Below are positions 47,901 to 61,797 of a stretch of 64,000 nucleotides of DNA, one piece after another. The stretch covers positions 620,001 to 684,000 of the forward strand of contig LSRY02000042.1 in the NCBI GenBank assembly GCA_001643675.2, in the 5' to 3' direction. The position numbers and the translations under genes were made by a program. Every line of letters starts with the position of its first letter. Positions within the stretch are counted from its first letter, which is position 1. The notes below the pieces were generated by a model, which was not told where the DNA came from, made no database searches, and was given only the letters and a program-made list of their open reading frames with translations. The stretch comes from Monocercomonoides exilis PA203. Taxonomy: Eukaryota; Protista; Preaxostyla.

Positions 47901-50900
47901 CCCAACATGTTTGTGTGCAATCTTCAATAAGTTCATCTTGTGGAGCAATTTTGACTGTATCTTCACTTTCAGCAGAGATTTCTGTTTCTTCTTGTTGTTT
48001 CTTCTTCTTCTTGCGAATGACACAGACACAGAGGATGATGATAATTACACCCAGAACAAGAGAGATAACAAAGAAGACAGAAAAGCAGATGATAAAGACA
48101 GTTAAATATCTTGCTTGGTTGGCACTTTTGATTGAATCAGAGACATTGAAAGGGAAAAATACAGAAGATGATTGAACTTGAGGATCACCAAAAAGCAAGG
48201 CAATTTGAGAAGATGAGGACAAATCCTGAGGAAGAGATGAAGAAGGTATAACAGAAACTATCTCATTCTCATTGATTGAGGAAGCAGAATCAACAGGAAA
48301 TGCTTTCGAAGATTGTTTGGCTTTGCTTGATGAGGAGAAGATGACAAAGAACAAATTGCATGGAATCAGAACAGATCCTGTTATCGTTATCTTCAAATTT
48401 TCTCCTTTTCCTCCTCCATTTCCTTCTTCTTCTTCAACAGCAACAGAATCGATCTTTGGAATGAACAAAGGCGATGCTCTTTCCTGTGCCACTCCTTTCA
48501 TTTCACACCCTCTGCTCAGCATCCACAAAGACGTCCCATTTTCCTTCCCGTCTCCTCCCTTCAGACTCGAAATGTCCACAACACCTGAATCAGAACACAG
48601 CACATTCCTTCTCACTGAAGAATAGCCTGAAACTTGAGGACTGTTCTGAAGAAACTCTCCATTTTCTATCTGAAGACTCCCTCCTCTCACGTCGATGCCT
48701 CCTTTCGACGAATTGGCTATGGTTGCATTCTGAATGACAGCAGCACAGCCAACTAAGCACATTATTGACCCATTCCATTCACACATTGAATTGTCTTCAT
48801 TTGATAATGATGACGACGACGATGATGATGGTATGACATTTGATTCAATAAGAGATTCTGCCTTGTCAGCAACGCCGTTCAAAACAGAATTAATAAGCTT
48901 CACATTTGTCGAAGAGAAAGCAAAACATATTTTTGTTGAGATAATCTTAAAAGGCCAAAGAACGAAGTCTTTTATCTCCAAAGTGCCTCCCTTTGCATTC
49001 ATCACTGAGCAATTGAGTTGGACAGCGTCTGCTTCTTGTTCACATTCGCAGTTCTCAAACTTGAATGTTCCGCTATTCATCAGAATAACACCATCTGCAA
49101 CGCCTGTTGTGCCAAACTGTTTCGTAAGCAGAAAATGAACTCCAGAAAATACACAGTTGTCTCTCAAATACAAGACAGCAGAGGAAGAAGGAGCAAAAAT
49201 CGTGTCCAAAGTGAGTTGAGCCTTCACTTTGACTGAAGATGAGGCATAACCAGCGTCAGAGCACACAGTCAAGTCGGAAAGAGAAGAAGAAAGTAGCAGA
49301 GGAGCATCGTGGTCAATCACAATGATACCGTGTGTGCCAGACGAGAGATGCTTGATGCCTTCACAGAGAGACTTGCATGGCTCGTCAAAGGGACCGCAGA
49401 TGCGAAGCGAGGATTGGGCTGAGTTTTGAGAGGAGACGAATATTTGGGTGTCTGTGTAGTAGTTGATGAGGGTATAGATGTCTGTGTATTTGTTCACATT
49501 CACTAAATCTGTGGCAAAGATGGCATTATTCCTGTCAAAGAGCGTTCGACTGAAGTTCATCTGAAAGATGTTGCTGCTAATTTGTGCTTCGATTGAATGG
49601 CAGCTGATGAAGATATCTCGTCCCAGCCCTGCTTCATTTGATGTGAAGATGACATCTTTGAAGAGCAAAGGAAGTTGAGGAATTGGATTTGGTATGCCTG
49701 CCGAGGGGTCAGACACACAGTCAACGAACATCCCTCCTCCACATCCGCCTCGCATTGAGGCAGAGCATTTGGCGAAAGAGCTATTTCTGATTGAAAGCTG
49801 CCCATCTGTTGGCACAGCAAAATAGCTGCTGCCTCCATCAAGTGAGCCATGTGCACTGCAGACGTCCCACGTGCTGTTGGAGACAGAACACTCAAACTGT
49901 GGCTGGAAAGGTGTTTGCAGCACAGCACAATTGCTGGACGATTGAACGATTGATTGAAAAGTTGTGTTTGAGATCGACAGACTCAGCGCTGCATTCCTTT
50001 TATGATTGTCAAATGTGTCTTTGTTTGATGAATGAGCATTCGAAATAGAAAGTAAAGACAAATCCTGCAAATTGATGTACAGAAAATTCGAAGAAGTGAG
50101 TGAAATTGAAGTTAGCGCATCTGAACAAAAAAGCACATTGTACATTAAGCTCATTGATTCAAAAGTTGTGTCAATGACGCTCAAAGAACCAGAAGCAATT
50201 TTTATCAAAAAATACTCCAAAACTTGTGATGAAGAAGAGCATTTGACAGAACATCCATCCAATTTAACTTCTCCATTTGAAGATGACAACAAGATTGAAT
50301 GGGGAGGTGTGAATAATGCAGGCAAAGTTAATTCAATGCATTGCAAAGAAAAGCTGTTGCTACTGCCAAGAATATAATCTAACGAATCAACAGAGCCAAG
50401 AGTACTTTCCAATAACAAAGCAGATGTTTCATTTGTTGCTGATGATTTGACAACATAATTTGTGACATCGCACGCATCTGCCAGTGTTGTTGAGTCCACC
50501 ACAAACATTTCCACTTGAGAAGGAGGTGGCGAAGAAATGACATGTTTCATTCCCATCCAGAAGGTGAAGCAAGGAATAGCAGCACTTCCACACCCAACTA
50601 CATCCGCTCCTGTTTCTGCAGATAAATAAATGGCAGCAGAACTGTAAGGAATAAAAAATGCAGCTAAGTTGATTCCGTTTTTGAATTTTTCGTTGTCTGC
50701 ACCAACAAATCCATTGGCATCGTCAACCCAATTTGTGAAACTGATGTTAAAATGAGTAGGATTTGCAGTGACATTCAGCTCAAAACACCAAAAGTACATG
50801 TTCTTCCCGCAGAAAGCGCTGTTATTTGAAAAATGAATGTTTGAGAAGACGAAATTCTCAGAATTATCAGCGCAGTGCAAATGCAAAAACCCTCCTTTTC

Positions 50901-53900
50901 CTGTTGTGGTTGAGCAGCCACAAGAAGAGACAGATGTTTGCACTGAATCAGATATCTCTGAAATGTCCAATGAGCCTGGATTTTTTAGCTCCAGCTCCAA
51001 AACACCACCTTTTGCACTGGATGAAGACTGAACGTGTTGGAATGAGCAGTTGGTGAATGAAAGGTTGTAGTCCAATATGGAAGAAAAGAGACAAGGAAAA
51101 GATGAGTCAGAGTTTGTAGATAGATTGGTGAATGTGCTGTTTGTGAAAGCTCGTGCTGATTGTGGTGTGGCTGCTATTTCGGGCACTGCAGAAATGACAG
51201 GCCCTGATTGCACAGTCATAAATGATAGAGCGTTGCTGTCATACACCATGTCCACTGAATATGCAATCGAAATAGGCGAATCGAAGAATCTCAAAGGAGC
51301 AACAGAAATGCCAACTGTGGAGTGCTCAAAAGTCAAATGACCAGTCCGCACAGAGAGAAGAGCAAATGCCACATCTGCATTCTGCTCCTGTCCCTGAATG
51401 GAACAGAAAGAAATGCTGATTGAAACTCCTTTTGAGCAAAGCAATGCTGTGAACGCACTTTTAAAAGTAGGCGGAAAGCGGATGCTGACCATTTCAAATG
51501 ATGTGGTGCCATCGTTTGTGAGAACAGCAGCTTCTCTTTCCTCACTTGAGATTGATTGGCTGAGATACAACTTCGACTGCTGTGCTCCTGATGATGATGA
51601 TGATGCTGAAGGGGCAGCAATCACGTGCTTGGATAACTGCAGCGAAATGTTCGATTGCACTTCTTCGACAATCAGCATCTTCAGCTCCGTCCCTTCTTTT
51701 TTCCACATCTTCTTCACAAACGCCACTGTCTGACACGGAAGAGGTAGATCTCCGCATTGGATGACATCCTGCCCTGTGGAATTCACATGCACCACATCTC
51801 TTCTGCGCGACCGCAGCAAGTCCAACAGGTCAGTTCCAGAAGAATACACACCGCTGTCTTCTCCTTCCATCCCACTATTCTCTGGTTGGTATTGATCAAT
51901 GTCAAAATTGAGAGATTCGAAGCTCACAGAATCCAAAAGGTTTTTGCAGATCAGATAGAAGTTTTTTCCTATTTGTGCTGTGTTTGCTATGAAAGAAGGC
52001 TCGGTGAGTGACCAGTTATGAACAGAAGAGGAGCGGCAATTAAGGCCAATACAACCTCCCTTTCCAGAAGCTTCCGAGCATCCACAGTTGGAAAAAGAGG
52101 AGTGGTCAATCAGAAAAAAAGAGTGTTCTTCGATGCTCGCACTGCACACACCACCGAAATGGCAGTTTCCGCTCACACAGTTTTTGATGGTGCTGTTGAT
52201 GAAAGTCGCACTCATTGCGCTGTTGGGTTTGAATAAGAGAACACTTGACTGAGCGCCATGGTTCATGATTGAAGAGAAAAAGCAGCTGGAGAATACAACA
52301 CCAGATTCCGATGGAGATGGAGATGAAGATGGAGATGAATATGAAGATGGAGATGAAGATGAATATGAAGATGGAGATGAAGTTTGGCTGTTTGTTGCTC
52401 TGCTTGTAGCACAATCAACAGTACAGAATGATTCAGCTAGAAAAGTTAGGTCACTCACGTTGACTGCATCAAAAGTGCAACACGAAGCTGCCTGTGTGAA
52501 CACAAACATGCTTTTTGAGTTGTCTGTAGCGCCTTGTTGAGAAATGGTGCAATTTGCCATCGAAAACAGGGCAGAAGAGGTGGATGCAAATGTCACTTTA
52601 AATGAGGCTGTTCCTTGAAAGAGGATGTCACAATCAGTGAAAATGGTTGATGTCCCTTTCGTAGACAACACAATATACTCATTTGAATGTGCTGTTATGT
52701 CAAATTTTATGAATGAAAATGCGATTTCTGTGTTGCTTGTGATCAGCCCAGCTGCGTCCAAAGGAAACTCAATAGGAGAAATCTTCAATGCTCCCACTTT
52801 CTTTGGAGATTGACTGCCTAAATAGGAAGTTATTGAAACATCGCTGAGATCAACTGATTTGGCAAGTTCTGATGAATTGATGATTTGTAAGCAGAGTGAA
52901 GGAATAGAAGAAGAAGAAGAGGAAGAGCAAGAGGAAGAAGTATAAGAAGAAGAAGAGGAAGAAGTATAAGAAGTCCTGCTCAATCTCTCCTTCCCACCGT
53001 TGAGTGTGATGCAAGGGCGAGCAAAGCTTCCGCACCACGGGGCATCGCTAAGCCCAGTTGAATCAACAGAAACAGTCGAAGCAGAAAACACAGTCAGAAA
53101 AATGAACAAATCAACGTCTTGTCCAATGAATCTGTCGTTGTCTGAGCCAAAAAGAGAGTTTTCTCTGTTTGAAATGGAAGAGTGGAAGGGAAAAAGGAGC
53201 GGGGTGACTGAAGAGACGAGAGAGGCACAGAAGAGATAGAGATCTCTTCCAATGGATGCTTCGTTGTCTGTGAATGTCAGCTGAGAGAGAGAAAAAAAAG
53301 AGTCAGAAAGAACAGTTGGTTGGGAGAAGGAGATCATCATGGCACCTCCTTTGCCACCTTGTTCAGAAGAAGAGGAAGATGAAGAGGAAGAAGAAGCAAC
53401 ACGACATTTGCTAAAAGAGGAAGAAGAAACAGACAAAACTTGGCTGGCATCTGATGCAGCGAAAGAGAAGCACCCTCCATTTGTTGCTGAAGGAGAAGCA
53501 GAAACAGAAGAAAGATCGAAGAAAGAGCAGTTTGTGATGCTGACTGAAAGAGAAGATGAAGCACTGGAACTGAAGAGACAGGAATATCCACCCACTTCTG
53601 AGCCTGTTGAATTAGTTTCAGAGGAGTTCATTGAGAAAGGTGCAGAAGAAGCTTCGAAGAAGAAGAGAGAGGCACGAGAGATGGATGAGATGTGGATGAA
53701 CGTTCTGTTGAGGGTGAGTGTGCCAGAGGAGATGAAGAACAAGGATGTTGTGACAAGAGGGAAGGAGCTGTCGCTGCTGATGTGTGTTTCATTCAGATGG
53801 ATGGCGCCATTTTGATGAAACAGATAGAAAATGGTGGGAGAAGGAGCAGCACTGGAGTTGTGCACAATCTGAACAGAAAGAACATTCAATGAGCCAGACG

Positions 53901-56025
53901 AGACAGAAAACAAGGCAAGAAGATTATTTGCAGCTGAAGGAGAAGAAGCAAAGCTTCTGATGAGCTGTGTGGTGATGACAGTAGAAAGGGGGTTGTCTTC
54001 AGTGCCTTGCACGCTCACTGTCCTTGTGTCGATGTCTGTGTTCTTTGTCTCGTGTGCGTGTGTGCCAGAGAGGCAGCAAATGACAGCTGGCTGAGGGGAA
54101 GACAGCTTCGTGGCAGAATGTGCCATTGTGCGGCATGGGTAGCGCTGGACAGAGCCACAGGCAGCATCTTCATCGTCGCCATCTGCAGACACATAGCAGA
54201 TTGTGAGTTCAGTTGTGACATCGTCTGCGAAGTGACTGCAAGTGGTGCCATCAAAAGTGCACATTCGCTTGTCTGATCTGTCTGTTGAGAAGCAGGAAAC
54301 GAAGTGTGGATGAGAAATGGACTCTAAAGTGGTGATGCAAACATCGTGGCCACAGGGACTAGAGACGTCTGCACACATACAGCCATCGAAGAGGAAGAAA
54401 GAGAATGTCGTGTGTGTTGTGATTGAGGAGGAGGAGGAAGAAGAATCTGAAAGAGGCTTCCATCTCAATGCTCCGCCGTAGTTGTTGCAGCCACAGCGGC
54501 GGAAGGAGCACTCGCTGAATGTCAAGCCAACTGTGTTGTCTTCAACTGAACAGCCACCGCCATAGAGTGTTGTGATGTTGTTGTCCAGAAATGTTGTCTG
54601 AGAAATGATGAGTGGCGAGTTGCCATCTGTTCCTGTGTGAAAGAGTGAAGATGTTTTGTCTGAGGAGATCGTTTGAAGAGAATGAGATAAATGAATATGA
54701 CGTGAAGATGGCAAGGTGGAATTATGAGATGAAGGTGAAGAAGCTGAAGAAGAAGAAGCAGCAGTAGAAGATAATGCAGATGATGGTAAAGAAGAACAAG
54801 AAACGCAACGAAGAGCTCCGCCTAATCCCTGTCCAAAGCAAGTGGAGAACAAACAGTTTTCAATCTTCAGATTCGCAACTTCTGCAACTTCTATTGCTCC
54901 GCCTGATGTTTTTGAGACGCAAAACGAAAGATTCGAGTTGATCACAGACATCATCTGGATGTTCTTGACAAATATTGCCCCGCCAGCTGCAGAAGAAGAG
55001 ATGCACCGGTCGAATGTGCAGCTCTCAATAGACAGCTTTGCTGTTGGCTTGTCTGCGAGATAGAGAGCTCCGCCGCTTCCTGCAGAACACTCAGAAAAGG
55101 TGCAGAAAGTGAAGCGATGATTTGTGTCTGAGGAGGAAATAACAGTTTGGTTGGTGAAGTGTTTTCGATCATAGACAGCGTTTGAAGCGGAGGCGCAGGA
55201 TTGAAATGTTGAGTTGAAATAATCAATGTTGTTGTGAGGTGCAATGTTTGATATGAAAGATAGTGAATGAGGAGATAAGCATCCTGAGAACAAGGATGCT
55301 TGAACAGAAACTGAAATTGATGACAACCTGGAGCAGTAATCGTTTATGTCTTGAAGATAAGTATGCGATACATTAAAAAATGTGCTGTGTTTAATGTTTA
55401 AGTTGGTGATAGTTGATGATAAAAATGAATAATGAGAATTGGTTAGAATAATAGAATTAATTATCGATGATTCCATATGAAATGAGCAATCAGATGGAAC
55501 GGTCATGGAAGATAATAAAGAACCAGAATTTATTGGACGCGATTGGGGATGATGCATTGAAGGAGATATTCTCACTGAATCAAAAATAATTGATCCTTCA
55601 ATTCTTTTTAAGGTTTTTCCTTCAAAAGGTGATATCTTCATGTTGCAAGAGAATAATGATAAAGAGGATGATGAAAAATGCATGACAAAAATTGTTGAAG
55701 GCTTAGAAGTCAAAGATATCCTTCTGAAACACAATGAAGAATTATCAATTAAAATAATTGAAGATGAATAAATTTCAGTGAGGTTATTGAATTCATGAGA
55801 GATGTTCCTCGTGTATTTAGACACATCTATTACGTTAAACTTTATTTGCTGAAAATGAAGTGAATTATCCTCAGGTTGCTCGCTGAAATCTGTTAAAAGG
55901 TGATTTTTGTTTTTCATGTAATCTTTATTATTTTTGTTGCATTCGCTTTCATCAATAATTTTATTTTCACATGTGCAACTCAAAAAATTACAAAGAAAAA
56001 GAAAAAGAATTATGAATAAATGCAT
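38914..56025 (-). CDS. Giant single-pass membrane protein (~5658 aa): signal peptide, beta-helix ectodomain, TM, 57 x 35-aa IQ-like repeats, C-terminal SH3; exons 56025-39208 + 39072-38914
   Basis: 16.8-kb ORF with GGAI/FxxC and CGxxxxPC modules, a TM at ~48016-48109 followed by RKKKKK, and a repeat rod at ~39470-45440. Phase-0 intron 39073-39207 (GTTTGA...TTTTAG) adds ALSDYTAKSNSDVSVQKGENVMFINENQDGWFYVVKNDGKSGYVPKAIIKQK*. Confidence 0.88.
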
Positions 56026-56060
56026 GACAAAATAAATAAGTCACATAAATAATATATAAT

Positions 56061-59000
56061 TCATTCAATGATCTGTTCAGTAAACTTCTTTTTCTTTCTA
56101 AATATGTTTCTTAAATTCTGTCTAGAATTTGTTGTTTTAACACTATCCCCTGGGCGATGAAGAGATGACTCAACATCATTTCGAACAGTTTCTTTTGATT
56201 CTTGAATTGGAAATGTATCTGCAGGCTGTTCTATTTCTTGTGGTTCTGTCTGCTCATCTGGTGCAATAGAGCTGTCAGCAATAGCTCTTCCTCTCTGTGC
56301 AAGCTCTTCGTCAATCTGCTGGTCGATGCCAAACCGCTTCAGTCTGCAGCAGGACAATATTCTGTCCCCAACATTGAAAAATGTGATGATGATGACAAAA
56401 ACGATGAGCAAAGGGAAGTAAACAACAAAGCCATCTCCGACAAAAGGCGCCACTTTCATCACGTTGACGACTGTGGAATAGACCATCACAGGCTGCGCAT
56501 CCAAATCGAGCTGAGAATAAGGAGAAGAGAGAGGGGTGTGGAGGAAGACGAGGATGTTCTGGCAGAGAGGGGCAGTGAGCATGGCAGACCAGCCGGCGAA
56601 TGTGAAGAGAGAAGGAGGATCAGATGAGTCAGGGACGAGATGGAGGAAAGAGAAGAGGCGGAGACGAGAGAGAGTGGAGAAAGCAGATAAGGCAAGGAAT
56701 ACGAGGAGGAGGAGGAGGAGGAGGTATTGGACAGGGGTGAAGGCGTGGGAGTGGAGAAGAAGAGAAAGAGGAGATATGTCGAGGGGGATGAACATGGTGA
56801 CCTCTCCCCACACAACCAGAAAGGACAGCAAAGCACACAGAATGGAGAGGATCTTCAGAGAAATGAGAGAAATGGTTGAATACTGAAGATGGGCTGGTTA
56901 GATGGAATAAATGAAGAGGGAATAAAAAAATAAAATAAAATATAAATATGTTTTTTTTGTTTGTTTGTTTGAAATCGAACAAAAGAAATAAGTGGAATAA
57001 AAAGAAATGTTAAATGTTGAGCATAAATAGGGAAAACTTAAAAAAAAAAGTACACCTTTTGCCTTTTGCCAGCCTTGTCCAATGTTTCTGTTCTGATAGC
57101 GGGAGATAGCTTTGTATGAAGTGAGATTGGCTTCGAATTCACTGTGTGAACATATGGAATATTATTGTAACATAATATCAATAATTAAATATGCATTCAA
57201 TAAACATTAAAAAGTCCGAAAAAATACTCATTCACAAAATGGCAGCACAACCAACTAATTTACTGACCAACCAATAAAATAAACTAACTTATAAAATATC
57301 AAAAATAAAAAATTTTTCTTCCTCATTGCACATACTGTTTTTCTTTGATAACATAATATTTCTCTCTCTTCAGCTTCTGCCTCAGCTGACAGAACATTTC
57401 TATTTGCGGATCTTCTTCCTTTCTGCACCTTCTTTTGCTTTCTCCCTCTCTTTTCGCTATTTTCGCTTTTCTTCTGTCTTTTGCCGCATTCTTCTTTTTG
57501 TTGTTGGCCAAATCAATTTTCACTGTTGTCGTATCGCTTGCAACACTAACTGTGCCTATTTCATTGCTATCTTGTCCATTCAGACTATACACCTCTTCTT
57601 CTCCCTCTCCCTCTCCCTCTTCTCTCTCGTCTCCTCCTTCTCTTTCGCTGTCACTTTCGCTTTCATAGTTTGCATCTGGTCTCTCAACATCCTCTTCTCC
57701 TCCAATCATCCTTCCATATTCATCTACAAACACTTCTTCTTCCTCTCCTCCTCTTCCTTCCCTTCCTTCTCTGCTTCTGCTTCGTCTACTCAGCAGCTCT
57801 TCATTCTGTCTGTCTTCTGTGTATTTCTGATGGAAGCGACTTGCCCTGCCATTTGCATCATCATCTGCATATCTTCCATCATTTCCTGTTCTTTGTGAGA
57901 GTGAATCTTCTCTCTTGACTGACTGGTTCTTCCCTTCCTCGTTCCTTCTGGCAGCAAGCGAAGTGACTGATTTCAATGTGCGCTTTCGATGAAAAGAAGA
58001 GAAAGGAAATCGAAAAGAAGAAGAAGATGTGGAAGAAGACGTTGAAGTGGATGAAGTGATAAGAGATGGGCAGTATTGCTGGCAATCCATAAGCTGAGTC
58101 ATAAAGTTTATTCAAATACAAAACACGAAAATAATAGCAAATTAATGTAAAAAAGATTAATTGCTAATTCACTGTTAAAAGATTAAAAATTAAATAATTA
58201 ACAATTGTGAGATGAACTTTTTCATAAAAAATCAAAAAACGATTATTCATTTTGAGCACACCTCTTTTCTAAGCGTGGAAAGATATCGATCATATTTAGG
58301 CTCTTTTTTGTGCTTTTCAATTACTTTGTCTATTTTCTGTTGATGCACATTCCAAAATTCAGTTGAAAAAAAATTATTTTAAATAAAAAAGTTTACAATT
58401 TCGTCCACACCAAGCATGTTTCAGTCAAAGAATTCACATTCTTCGTTATGGAATCAGAGTGCTTTGCAACTAAATACGCATGGTAATCTTGCTGTGCCTT
58501 CAAGTTTGATCTTCGCCAAAGTTTTTTCGGGATATAAATCTTGGATAAAACAAAAGATAAAAAGAAGTATAAAAAAGATCATTCAAAGTAAATGCAAACC
58601 AATCCGACTCCAAGCATTACAATGTACAAGCACATTTGAAAAAATGAAGATATTGCAATGACCAGTTGTTTTACAGAAAGCCTGGAATTTCAATTATGAA
58701 TATAAATTAAAAAAGTAATGCAAAATCAAGTTTCCTTAAAGCATACAAAGATATAACTCCAAATGCAATCAAAAAAATTAAGCCAATAAGTCCAAGAATC
58801 CCCCAGGTGAGGTAAAAGCGGCCATTTCTTTTTAATGAATAAAGCAATTTTTGCTTAAAAGTAAAACCTCCTGAAGAATACCATTCTTTAAAAAAAGGTG
58901 CAATAAGCCTATTTAACAAATTTTTATTCTTTCAAAATTTGCTTTTAAATAATGAATGCATACCAAAGGTTTGCAAAGTTTGTCCAATAAATGATATTCC

Positions 59001-59271
59001 AAAATATTTTCAGAGAATTTCCCTTGAATAAAAAGGAGGAAAATTTAGAGCATTTACTAAATGATTCATGTTCGCATCTCCATTTCAAATAACGATTAAA
59101 ATCAATTGATATTAAGACAATTTGTGAAAATGCTAGGAACAACGTAAAAACAACAATAATGATAACAAAAGGAGAATGCTTCTTGACATTTCCATAATGG
59201 TGAAAAACAAAAATTGCCAAGAAGAGGACCCCTATCTCCAAAAAAATAAATAAGATAATTCCAAAATCCAT
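56061..59271 (-). CDS. LMBRD2: LMBR1-family (LMBRD2-like) multi-pass membrane protein, multi-exon
   Basis: Spliced reading WNIIYWTNFANLW|LIAPFFKEWYSSGGFTFKQKL..., MLGVGL|IYIPKKLW, and C-terminal MKVAPFVGDGFVVYFPLLIV...DRILSCCRLKRF. Introns include 58909-58963. Internal small exons (56900-58400) are not fully resolved. Confidence 0.85.
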
Positions 59272-59285
59272 ATATTGGGTTTAAA

Positions 59286-61165
59286 ATGGAAGATCAAAAA
59301 ACAAATGCGTTTTCAAGGACTCATGTAAAGTTATTTGTTGGAAACTTACCGAAATCAGTTACTGAAAATGATCTTCGCAACGTCTTTTCACCATTTGGCG
59401 ATCTTGTGGAAGTTCACATTCTTCGAGACAGATATACTCTTGAGCCCAAGGGTTGTTGCTTTGTCACATATCACGATGGCGCATCAGCTGAAAAGGCAAT
59501 TCTTGAAATTAATGGAACTAATCCATTTAAAAGTGTTTGTAATTATTTGCGATGTGTTTGCGTCTGTAGTTTTTTTTCTTTTTTGTTTGGCAGGTTCCAA
59601 TCTTGGTCAGATTAGCAGATAGCGAAAAGGAAATACTCACAAATAAAATCTTTGTTGGAATGATACCTAAGCATTGGACTTCTGATGATTTAAAAAACTT
59701 CTTTTCCGAATTTGGACAAATAAATGAATCTATCATCTTGACTTATCCCACAGGAGATTCAAGAGGTGTGCAGATGGGTACTGTTTTCTGAGGAAATTTT
59801 TTTTATATTTGTTTTTAAAAATTGACATGAAGGATGTGGTTTTGTGAAATTTGCCTCTCGTGATGATGCTGTTCGTGCAATTATTCAAAAAAACAATGCA
59901 ATTGTTGATGTCTGAATCATTAAATCTTCATATTTAATTCGATTGATGAATGTTTTATTATCTCTGTATTTTGTGTTTTCTCATATAAATTATGCTCTTA
60001 TTTGATGCCTGAATATTTGAACGATTCTTTTTTCTAAAATTAAAAGGGATCTTCTGCTCCACTAATTGTGAAATTCGCTGAAAGCGACCGAGAAAAACAA
60101 CAAAAGCGAAAAATGCAACAGATGCGAGCTACTCTCGCTGCGAATGCTATGGCCTACAATCCATATTCTGTGTCTCCGCCAGCATATCCCCTGATCCCTC
60201 TCCCCTCAATGCCTCAGTTCATTCCTCAGGCAATGCCCGGAGGAGCTGTTTTTTATGCGCCTGCTTCTTATCCTATGGCCTCGCCGATGGTTCCTATGCC
60301 TACACCTGCTCCTTCCATTCCTATGGCATCTTCTATGGCATCTCCTGTTTCATATAATTCATCTCAGAGTGCTTCCAAGACTGGTACTGGATCTTCTTCT
60401 TCCACCTCATCATCATCTTCTTCTTCTTCTTCGTCGTCGTCGTCTTCAAATACAATTTCAGCTTCAAATAACACTTCAAATCCTTCTGCTTCTGCTTCTG
60501 CTTCTTCTTCGATTCAGACATCCTCCAATCCTTCAATGCCTTCAACTGCTGTTCCGTCACTTCCTCAGCTTGCTGGGATCGGACTTCCTTCTTCATTGGT
60601 CATGCAAAGTGTTATGCCTTCACAACAATTTGCTACGGCTCGGACACAATCAATGATGCATCCGGTTACAAGTGTGCTTTTAAATTTTATGAGAAAATTT
60701 TTATGCTATTTTTTCGAGTGAGTTTTTTTATGTTTTGATAAATGGAATTTAAAAAACACAATTAATTATTTTCAAATAATCATCGTTCTAATGATTTATT
60801 CTCCCTTTCTCATTCTTTCCCTCTTTTTATAATCTCTATTCTTCACATTCTACTTGTAAGAGCCTCACCCAGCCTTGAACTCACACGAGGAAGGGCCAAA
60901 AGGAGCAAATCTGTTTGTGTTTCACATTCCTCCGTCTCTGACAGATGTGGACTTGCTCTCTCTTTTCCAGCCGTTTGGGAGAGTGGTGAGTGTGAAGGTG
61001 TTTGTGGACTTTGCCACACAGGAGTCGAAAGGATATGGGTTTGTTTCGTACGACAACCCAGACAGCGCAAAGGCTGCGATTGCGGCGATGAATGGATTTT
61101 CAATCTCAGATGGATCTGTCATGGGGAGAGAGAAGCGGTTGAGAGTTGAATTGAAAAGAGAATGA
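59286..61165 (+). CDS. CELF: CELF/Bruno-like RNA-binding protein with three RRMs, 5 exons
   Basis: RRM1 KLFVGNLPK...KGCCFVTY; RRM2 KIFVGMIPK...SRG|CGFVKF...LIVKFAE; RRM3 [14 protein letters not shown]...[21 protein letters not shown]...KRLRVELKR. Introns 59535-59593, 59766-59832, 59910-60046 and 60672-60860 preserve frame. Confidence 0.92.
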
Positions 61166-61797
61166 GAATGCTGTTTGGTGGGAATGGTTTGGACTTTTTC
61201 ATTTATTGGAATTGATGAGCAATCATTGAAATAAGGAACTTGCTTTACGATGTTCTGTTGAAAGTTTCTGAACTTTTTCATGTTGCACTTCACCTTTTTT
61301 TGTTCATTCACTTCAAAGAAAATAAAGCAATCGTTGGAATTTTGAATTTGTAGCTTCTTCATTTTTGTGCATAACGTGAAGATTTTTTTCTTCTCTTTAA
61401 AACGAACAATAGAGTTTTTTTTTTTTTTTCACAGTTTTTTTATCCTTTTTTTTTTAATTCAATAATTGATTATTTCTTTTCATAAAGAAACATATATCAA
61501 AATGATAATTGAGAGAAAAATATTCCTGAAAAGAAACAGAGAAAAAACTGTTGTTATTAAAAAGGATGGCGTTTGATTCAATGAATAACTCAAACAACAA
61601 AGATATAAGTGACTTGAAATTGTTATTTTTTTAAAATATCTTTTCAATGAATTACTCCACAGTTTTCAGGAATTGAGTCTGGAATGCTTCTTTATGCCTC
61701 GACGAAGAAAATTATATTTTCTGAAAAAAATTAAAAATTGAGCATATAAATTTTTTAGTGCAAATTGTTTTGTTTTTTGTTTTGAAGTTTTCTTTAT

